Positions 57,197 through 64,000 of a stretch of DNA of 64,000 nucleotides are shown piece by piece (positions within the stretch are counted from its first letter, which is position 1; each line of letters opens with the position of its first letter). The notes under the pieces were generated by a model. The model saw only the letters and a list, made by a program, of their open reading frames with translations. It had not been told where the DNA came from and searched no databases. This stretch comes from Pseudobacteriovorax sp. (GTDB lineage: Bacteria > Bdellovibrionota_B > Oligoflexia > Oligoflexales > Oligoflexaceae): contig JBNKNM010000002.1 in assembly GCA_050293845.1 (NCBI GenBank), positions 13,161-77,160 of the forward strand. The letters run 5' to 3'. Both the position numbers and the translations under genes were made by a program.

Positions 57197-58048
57197 TTAC
57201 TCCTTTGGACAATTTTTAAGTTTTAGCTGGTCGCAGGCATAGCGGATAAAGCGCATACCGGTTGCGCTATTTGGTAAGAAAGCGCGGATATGGCCTGCTT
57301 CTTCAAGCTCCCAATATGTAAGCTTCTCCTTGGGGAGCTGCAACAGGAGGGGATGGATGGCGGCTTGGGGTACCATAGGGTCTTCTCTGCTGTGAATGAC
57401 AAGCCAATAGGGGGAAGGTGTAAAGTCTGTATAATCAAGGGGAGATAGGTCATCAGAAATACATATATAGGGCAGCCACTGCAGAGCCCATGTTACGGGG
57501 CTGCCCTGTAAGGCTTTTACGGCAACGTCCCGGTATGATGCAAAGGTAGAGTCTAGTACTATGAGATCCATATCAACGTCACTAAGGTTTGAACTAACAA
57601 AACCAATGGCTCCTCCCAGGCTTTGTCCAAGCACAATTTTTTTAAGATTTTGGGTTGCCGGTAGTTTTTGAGCAAATTTGATGAGTTCTACTCCATCGTA
57701 AACCAGGGCTTCACGACTGGGGCTGCCAGGAGAACGTCCATACCCGCGATAATCAAATGACAGGACATGAAATCCATGGTGAGTCAGCCACAGGGTAGAA
57801 AGTATATGAGCTGACTTATTTTGTGCATTGCCATGAAAATGAATGATCAGGGCATTTTTGGGTTTTGTGCTGGGATAAAATAACCAAGCATCAAGGGGGT
57901 TGCCGTCAGCTCCTGGAATGGTCAGTTCCTCAAAGGAAAGCAAGTCATGATTGGGGATAAAGTATGTTTTTGTGCTGGGATAGAAGAAAAAACTGTTACA
58001 GCTATTTATATATATGGATATTAGAATTATAAACAAGCGTTTCCCCAT
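57197..58048 (-). CDS. Alpha/beta hydrolase, probable lipoprotein
   Basis: Nucleophile elbow GQSLGG, HG oxyanion motif IIHFHGNA, and late D/H residues. I prefer the ATG at 58048 (MGKRLFIILISIYINSC, lipobox-like), preceded by AAGGAA. Confidence 0.75.
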   Translation of the reverse strand: MGKRLFIILISIYINSCNSFFFYPSTKTYFIPNHDLLSFEELTIPGADGNPLDAWLFYPSTKPKNALIIHFHGNAQNKSAHILSTLWLTHHGFHVLSFDYRGYGRSPGSPSREALVYDGVELIKFAQKLPATQNLKKIVLGQSLGGAIGFVSSNLSDVDMDLIVLDSTFASYRDVAVKALQGSPVTWALQWLPYICISDDLSPLDYTDFTPSPYWLVIHSREDPMVPQAAIHPLLLQLPKEKLTYWELEEAGHIRAFLPNSATGMRFIRYACDQLKLKNCPKE

Positions 58049-58113
58049 GCTTTCCTTTCTGAACTTTCTGTGTTTAACATAACGAATCACGTAAGAACAT
58101 AGGCTGCACAATT

Positions 58114-58698
58114 ATGAGGCATTACAGGATCTTTTTGATGCTTATTATTTCTAATGTATCTTGCCAACATTTTCAAAGCAGAAAATCAGCTCAATTGCTT
58201 AATAGTATCGTGCTACAGTATTCTAACCATAATTATAGGATTATTTTAGAAAAGGATCTGGAGCAACTGGAAGCCCTTTTTAATTCACCTTTATTACCGC
58301 ATCTGAGAATACACTACCTTGATGTGATCAAACGAGCGGAGACTATAGACGTATCGCAGTATAATTGCACTCCCTATCAGTTGGCTTGCGTCTATCCAGA
58401 TGACCCAACCATATACTTAAACCAGCTGTTTTTTCGCCAACCTGCAATCCTACGGTTAAGTACCTTGTTGCATGAAATATGGCATGTGGAAAGTGGAAAG
58501 GGACATGATGAAATATCTACAGACTTTAAACTGTATGGCTGTTCTTCGCCTTATCAATTGGAGCGCATATTCATTCAGGATATTTATCATTATCAGGGTT
58601 TTGGTACAGTGTTTGCTGACTCGGGCACAAAAAACCATATACTTCGCGTTTTATCGCAAAAAATTGCGGAAGATCTCAAACTAAATAATAATATCTAG
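58114..58698 (+). CDS. Hypothetical protein with an HExxH zinc-metallopeptidase-like motif
   Basis: N-terminal hydrophobic segment and LLHEIWHVESGKGHDE. No wider family recognised. Confidence 0.45.
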   Translation: MRHYRIFLMLIISNVSCQHFQSRKSAQLLNSIVLQYSNHNYRIILEKDLEQLEALFNSPLLPHLRIHYLDVIKRAETIDVSQYNCTPYQLACVYPDDPTIYLNQLFFRQPAILRLSTLLHEIWHVESGKGHDEISTDFKLYGCSSPYQLERIFIQDIYHYQGFGTVFADSGTKNHILRVLSQKIAEDLKLNNNI

Positions 58699-58768
58699 TC
58701 AAGAAGATTCTTCCATGCTAGCTTTTTACTTATTAGTTTTTTATAACTCTACAATCTAAGGAGATAGG

Positions 58769-59221
58769 ATGCTCAAGAAGTTGATTGTTTGCGTTTTTAG
58801 TTTAATACCAGGTATCTCTTTTGCTGCTGGCTATGGTGATGCTGGGTGTGGTTTGGGTTCTTTGGTGTTTGGTAGTGAGGCTGGTTTCGTACAAATTTTT
58901 GCTGCTACCACAAATGGATCTTCAGGTAATCAAACTTTTGGTATTACCACAGGAACCTTGAACTGCCAAGGTATGGCGAAGGAAGCTGATGAATTTATTA
59001 ACATCAATAATGCTTCCTTACAGCTAGATGCAGCGAAAGGTGATGGAGAAACTCTTGTAAGTTTAGGTCAGATTTTCCGTTGTGAAGACCATAAGGCGTT
59101 TAATCACATCATTAAAGCCAACTATGGTGAAATTTTTGAAGATAATAATCCTAAGGAAATTCGCCGAAAAATTATGGCTGTTCTGACTTTGGGTGACATC
59201 AATTGCCACTTAGAAAGCTAG
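58769..59221 (+). CDS. DUF3015-like secreted protein
   Basis: Signal peptide ending SFAAG, then GYGDAGCGLGSLVFG...FAATTNGSSGNQTFGITTGTLNC, which matches my recollection of the DUF3015 pattern. 150 aa. Confidence 0.5.
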   Translation: MLKKLIVCVFSLIPGISFAAGYGDAGCGLGSLVFGSEAGFVQIFAATTNGSSGNQTFGITTGTLNCQGMAKEADEFININNASLQLDAAKGDGETLVSLGQIFRCEDHKAFNHIIKANYGEIFEDNNPKEIRRKIMAVLTLGDINCHLES

Positions 59222-61017
59222 TCCTTTTAGTATTGGGGTGCCTGTATCTTACAGGCACTGTTGCTCCAGCTGCTACACCTGATGTCCAGTGGCGGGGTCT
59301 GCTGCATTATCGCAATGCAAATCATAGCCATGTATATGATGCGCGATTTTTTTTGAGTAAAATGGGGAGCTCCGACCCTATTATGGAGAGACATGCATTG
59401 CAAACCCAGATTAAGCAAGGACTTAACCTGGATGGTTCCCCTGTTTATTGTCGCTTTCCAGCACGTACTAAATGGCTCATAAGGGAAAACTTTATTGATA
59501 GCAAGCTAGTCGATTGGAGTCACTGTACGGCTTATAGTTACTACCTTACAAAAATGCCGCGTAGGACTGTGTACCTGGTTTTTTCATCCTATCATCTCGA
59601 ATCAGCCTCTTCGACCTTTGGCCACACGCTGTTACGTATGAGCAATAACACTGTGAATGAGACATCCAGTGAGCTGATGGATATGGGGATTAATTTTGCT
59701 GCAGAAGTTGATACATCAAATCCACTTAGCTATGCCCTCAAAGGATTGTTTGGTGGATTTAAAGCCAAATTTTCTATTATGCCATATTTTTATAAAATTC
59801 GTGAATATGCTGATTACGAATCGCGCGATTTATGGTCTTATCAATTGCTTCTAACGTCGGAACAAATAGAACAGCTGATCGATCATATTTGGGAATTACT
59901 TCATGTTGACTTCAGTTATTATTATATCGATGAAAACTGCAGTTTTCAGCTTCTTGCATTATTAGATGCTATTAATCCTGACTGGCAGCTAGCATCAAAT
60001 TTAAAGCCCTATGTGGTCCCTATTGATTCAGTGCGTGTTGTACTGAATGAACCAAATTTAGTAGGAGATATACAATATCGCCCGAGCCTGCGCACGCAAC
60101 TTGATGGTCAAATAAATGAACTATCGGAGCGAGAATTAGAAGTTTTCTGGCAGCTGGCAACGCAGCCAGAAGAGAATAAAAAATGGCCACAGCTAGCAGC
60201 GCTGGAGGAAGCTAGAGTTCTGGAGACCATAAGCAAGTATCTGGACTATAGCTATAAGGATGATATCGTCAAAGGAACTGAGAAGGTTGTAGCCTGGAAG
60301 CATAAATTGCTATCGAGGCGTAGTCGTCTTGATATTCCTTCAGGATTTAAGGCCTCCCCATTAAAGGAGGCGGAGCAACCTCATCGCAGCCATCCTACCG
60401 CTCGCACGGGAATGTCTATGGGACAGGAGTATGGCTTGCGATATTGGGGCTTCGATTTTCGCCTGGGGCACGACCTGTCTGATCCGGCATATGGTTACTT
60501 TAGTTCGGCTGAGATCGAGTTTTTAAAGGCTAAGCTTCGGGTATATCCTGGACAGCAAAGATTAGAACTGGACTCCCTTGATCTTCTCAACCTTTCTTAT
60601 CTACAGCCATGGCGCTATAATGATTTGAAACTCAGCTACAAAGTACGCTTTGCTTATGAAAGCCGGTATCAACAGGGAACAAGTCATGGCACCCCCTTAG
60701 GCTATATGGGGGTGGGAGTATCATGGGAATCTCCACAAATAGGACTCTTTTTTCCCATGGCCGTAGCTCAGTTGCAAAATGATGACTCCGGTAGCTTCGC
60801 AGCCCAGCCGGGCGTGCTTTTGGGCTGGCGCTGGGTATCACCCCAGACATGGGCATTGCTCGCAGAAGACCAATTCTTACATTTTAGGAATCGCTGGGAG
60901 AGGACGACCTCATTAGAATGGCGCTATTACCTGAGTAAAACCAGCTCAGTAGGTATGATGGCAAAAAGAGAAGTTGATAGCTGGCAGGAGCAGCTGGTCT
61001 GGTACCAATATTTTTAG
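59203..61017 (+). CDS. DUF4105 (Lnb N-terminal periplasmic domain-like) protein, probable lipoprotein
   Basis: VYLVFSSYHLESASSTFGHTLLRM matches the DUF4105 FGHt.lR core. N-terminal LLVLGC lipobox-like signal. The TTG start is uncertain (overlaps the upstream gene by 19 nt). Confidence 0.6.
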   Translation: MPLRKLVLLVLGCLYLTGTVAPAATPDVQWRGLLHYRNANHSHVYDARFFLSKMGSSDPIMERHALQTQIKQGLNLDGSPVYCRFPARTKWLIRENFIDSKLVDWSHCTAYSYYLTKMPRRTVYLVFSSYHLESASSTFGHTLLRMSNNTVNETSSELMDMGINFAAEVDTSNPLSYALKGLFGGFKAKFSIMPYFYKIREYADYESRDLWSYQLLLTSEQIEQLIDHIWELLHVDFSYYYIDENCSFQLLALLDAINPDWQLASNLKPYVVPIDSVRVVLNEPNLVGDIQYRPSLRTQLDGQINELSERELEVFWQLATQPEENKKWPQLAALEEARVLETISKYLDYSYKDDIVKGTEKVVAWKHKLLSRRSRLDIPSGFKASPLKEAEQPHRSHPTARTGMSMGQEYGLRYWGFDFRLGHDLSDPAYGYFSSAEIEFLKAKLRVYPGQQRLELDSLDLLNLSYLQPWRYNDLKLSYKVRFAYESRYQQGTSHGTPLGYMGVGVSWESPQIGLFFPMAVAQLQNDDSGSFAAQPGVLLGWRWVSPQTWALLAEDQFLHFRNRWERTTSLEWRYYLSKTSSVGMMAKREVDSWQEQLVWYQYF

Positions 61018-61151
61018 GGACTATGAGCCATGACAAGATCTATAATTTCTAGAGTGAAGACCTGATTAAGGAGTGAGGGCAAGTCCAAGTCTTGTGGAGT
61101 TGCTTGCTTAACACAAGCAACTGATTCCATGGACTTACCCTTGAGATTTAA

Positions 61152-62756
61152 TCATGAAGATGGTGTTTGCTGATGCGGCTCGACTGTGTCCGTTGGATAT
61201 TTTTTTTCATGTTGAAGCCCCACATAAAGGGTAAAGCACATAATCAGCAATACCAAAGTAAAAGGCAAGCCCACTGAGATAGCAGCAGCTTGCAAAGCCC
61301 CTAGTGCATCTGACCCACCACCGACTAATAGAGCAATGGCAATAATCCCCTCCATAGTCGCCCAGAAGATCCTTTGGGGGACAGGAGCATCCAGTTTCCC
61401 ACCTGCTGTGATACTGTCGATCACCAAGGACCCAGAATCGGAAGAAGTGACAAAAAATACTAGCACCAACACGATACCGATAAATGAGGTCACCGACGAT
61501 AGGGGGAGATTTTCGAGCATATGAAACAGCGCTAACGATACTTCGGTAATACCACCAGCAAGCTGACCCACACCGGCTTCAACCTGATTTAACGCGGAGC
61601 CTCCAAATGCTGTCATCCAAACGAGGGTAACAAAGGTAGGGACTAGCAGCACTGCGGTGATAAACTGACGAATGGTGCGTCCTTTGGAAATTCTGGCGAT
61701 AAACATCCCCACAAACGGAGACCAGGAGATCCACCAGGCCCAATAAAACACAGTCCAGCCATGGTAGAAAGTCTCGTCTTCGCGTCCGATCCAGTTGCTG
61801 AGGGGAATCAGGTTAGTGAGATAGTCTGTCGTGGTTGTCATGAAGCTGCCAAAAAATCCCAGGCCTTGCCCGAGCACAATCACGAACATTAAGAGCAAGA
61901 AAGCTATAGCCATATTGATATTGCTTAGGATCTTGACACCACCATCGAGGCCTCGGATTACGGAGGCCAATGCCACCGACGTCACACAAACGATAATGAT
62001 AATCTGTAAATTGATATCAGCAGTAAAACCAAATAGGAAGTGCAGGCCACTGGCGGCTTGCTTAGCACCAAAGCCTAGGGATGTAGCCAATCCAAAAATG
62101 GTAGCGAGTACGGCAATCACGTCGATGAAATGACCAAACCAGCCCCAGCAGCGATCTTTAAGAATAGGATAGAATGCGGAACGAATGGTTAGGGGCAGAT
62201 CCTTATTGTAAGTAAAAAAGGCAAGCGATAAACCAACCACCGCATAGATGGCCCAAGGGTGGAGCCCCCAATGGAACATGGTTGCACCCATGGCTTTGCG
62301 TGCTGCTTCTGCAGTGTGAGCTTCCACATTCAAGGGTGTGCCGTACCATCCCGTGTAGTAAGCTGTAGGCTCAGCCACACTCCAGAACATCAACCCGATA
62401 CCCATACCTGCTGCAAATAGCATGGCGAACCAGGAAAAAACCGAATATTCAGGTTTGGCATCCTTTCCACCTAAACGAATGCTGCCTACGGGCATGATGA
62501 TCAGTGCGAGGCAGAAAAGAACAAAAATATTGCCTCCTACAATAAAAAACCAGTCAAAGTTACTAATAGACCAGCTTTTTGCGCTATCGAAAACACTCTT
62601 GGCATCGCTAGGAAATAATAGGGTAGAGACAACAAAAAACAATACCAGAAAACTGGAAATAATAAATACGGGATTGTGAATATCCATTCCCCAGCGGCGG
62701 ATATTATCCTGTCCAATGGTATAATCGGTTTCATAAAGTTCTGGCACGATTGTCAC
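61152..62756 (-). CDS. BCCT-family (betaine/carnitine/choline) transporter
   Basis: WTVFYWAWWISWSPFVGMFIARISKGRTIRQF is the BCCT signature. 12 TM-like segments. Confidence 0.92.
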   Translation of the reverse strand: MTIVPELYETDYTIGQDNIRRWGMDIHNPVFIISSFLVLFFVVSTLLFPSDAKSVFDSAKSWSISNFDWFFIVGGNIFVLFCLALIIMPVGSIRLGGKDAKPEYSVFSWFAMLFAAGMGIGLMFWSVAEPTAYYTGWYGTPLNVEAHTAEAARKAMGATMFHWGLHPWAIYAVVGLSLAFFTYNKDLPLTIRSAFYPILKDRCWGWFGHFIDVIAVLATIFGLATSLGFGAKQAASGLHFLFGFTADINLQIIIIVCVTSVALASVIRGLDGGVKILSNINMAIAFLLLMFVIVLGQGLGFFGSFMTTTTDYLTNLIPLSNWIGREDETFYHGWTVFYWAWWISWSPFVGMFIARISKGRTIRQFITAVLLVPTFVTLVWMTAFGGSALNQVEAGVGQLAGGITEVSLALFHMLENLPLSSVTSFIGIVLVLVFFVTSSDSGSLVIDSITAGGKLDAPVPQRIFWATMEGIIAIALLVGGGSDALGALQAAAISVGLPFTLVLLIMCFTLYVGLQHEKKYPTDTVEPHQQTPSS

Positions 62757-63461
62757 TCCTTTAATTGGGGGGCTTCGTTCAAAAAACCGTTCTAGAATTC
62801 CGGCAAATCGTTTGAAGCCTCAAACTAACATTGGTATACGAGACAAATGCTTGATGCATTGACTAAATACGAGTTTCTTTGATGGTGGAAAAACACACAG
62901 GTTATATCCATTACTAGTTTTTTTTAAACTGACAAAGTAAAAAAATATAATCAAAAAATTTGACTGATACCGTCCATACTATTGGTTCAATACAAATTAA
63001 TAAAAAACTGTTGTGCCGTTCCGAGCAACTTCTGCAAAGTTTCAAAAATAATCTGCAGTTTATTTTAAAAGAGCTTCAGCCTATAAATACCGCTCATAGA
63101 CAGTATATTCGCGAGCATTGATTAATGGGTTCCGCGATAAATAAATGCGAAGTATTGTGTGAGAGCTGACAGTACACCATCACACACCAGTGCACAAATC
63201 ATATATACATCGTTCCAATCTCACGTTGCAAATTCGGCTGAAATTCGTAATTGACGTGCCCTTGTAAACAACAGCAGCCTAGCAAAAAGTGAATTTACAT
63301 GCTAGGTATTCTTCAGTGAAGGGCTTGACTCATACATAGGTACGATGAATCTACCGGAGTTGGCTATATTCAAGAGAGCTGGATTCATTTTCCACAGGCT
63401 ACCTTTTAAAAGTTCGCAAGACTCTAATTATTAAGTTGTATAATACTGTTGAGGTAAGGAT

Positions 63462-64000
63462 ATGAGATACTTTCAATCGCATAGCGCAGAGGTTTATCGG
63501 TACGTTGTATATTGCGGAATTTTATGGAGTGGGTTATCTGCAACAGTGCATGCCGAGGAAACCCCTGTCAGCAACGATATTTTGCTACCCTTGGCTGGGG
63601 GGCAATTAAAAGTTGGCGGTGCAATACGGGCTAACTTTGCCTTGGGGGACTATCCTGAAAGTGCAGGAGCGTCGCGAGCAGCGGAGGACGGTGGTAATTT
63701 TACACTCGATACCTATCGCATTAACCTTGACTACAGCAACGGCAATATGCTCGGTAAGCTAGAATATCGCTGGTATAATGGCTACAATTTTTTGCATACT
63801 GCTTGGCTGGGCTATAATTTTTCCGAGCAAGGAAAGTTGCAGGTCGGTGTGAATCGGGTACCCTTTGGCCCAGGGCCTTACGGTGTGTCTCAGAGCTGGT
63901 TTTTCGACCAACACTATTATCTAGGACTCTCCGATGACATGGATCTCGGCGTCAAATACTCGGGAAAATCAGGAAGCCTGAGCTATGACATCGCCTACTA
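63462..64000 (+). CDS. Putative outer-membrane beta-barrel porin (3' end outside window)
   Basis: ATG at 63462 after GAGGTAAGGA. Signal peptide ...GLSATVHA/EE, then alternating amphipathic strands rich in Y/G/N (LDTYRINLDYSNGNMLGKLEYRWYNGYNFLHTAWLGYNF...DLGVKYSG). Open to the end of the window, so it is absent from the ORF track. Confidence 0.55.
   Translation, partial: MRYFQSHSAEVYRYVVYCGILWSGLSATVHAEETPVSNDILLPLAGGQLKVGGAIRANFALGDYPESAGASRAAEDGGNFTLDTYRINLDYSNGNMLGKLEYRWYNGYNFLHTAWLGYNFSEQGKLQVGVNRVPFGPGPYGVSQSWFFDQHYYLGLSDDMDLGVKYSGKSGSLSYDIAY

Noticed and set aside
63156-63186. CRP-like half sites TGTGTGA ... TCACACA in the BCCT/porin intergenic region
   Set aside because: The half sites are 17 nt apart, not the 6 nt of a CRP/FNR-type site. 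A 7-bp inverted repeat with a 17-nt spacer is weak evidence.

Overview
The window reads as a compact, mostly core-genome stretch of a Gram-negative bacterium with moderate GC (judged by eye, not computed). I support about 62 protein genes, 2 tRNAs, a few promoter, terminator and operator candidates, and one porin gene that runs off the 3' end. I found no rRNA, CRISPR array, transposase, integrase, prophage or recognisable defence genes. The gene set (pilB-pilT-pilC, GldA/F/G-like ABC module plus DUF4340, DUF3015 and DUF4105 proteins, mfd followed by two SurA/parvulin genes) suggests a Bdellovibrionota/Oligoflexia-like organism, but that is low-confidence inference. Recognisable content, in order: an OmpR-type regulator tail; a methylmalonyl-CoA mutase/MeaB operon with two Fe-S carrier genes attached; a GDPD phosphodiesterase and a c-type cytochrome; rplS, rnhB, yraN; a GHMP kinase and an Slt lytic transglycosylase; heme O synthase; map; yacG (absent from the ORF track); ppk1-ppx-holA; ribF; aroE; queG; tRNA-Phe/secG/tRNA-Leu; pilBTC; a PduO-type adenosyltransferase; IHF/HU; gpsA; a GMC oxidoreductase pair; pyruvate carboxylase; mfd; and a BCCT transporter. 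Genes are tightly packed, with many 1-4 nt and 17-55 nt start/stop overlaps. I see no clear-cut novel system. The most notable oddities are: (1) a split NfuA-like pair translationally coupled to the B12 mutase operon; (2) a thioredoxin-fold gene with an SxxC active site inside a five-gene overlapped operon with rnhB/yraN; (3) two overlapped unknown ORFs between the adenosyltransferase and the pilus ATPases; (4) three abutting membrane ORFs in three frames with a weak NuoN/Mrp-like motif (coupled genes or a decayed gene); (5) a perfect 10-1-10 palindrome upstream of the GMC oxidoreductase pair; (6) an HExxH/DUF3015/DUF4105 envelope cluster; and (7) two unusually long non-coding regions (435 nt and 705 nt). 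All functional calls rest on motif recognition by eye. No database search was run.
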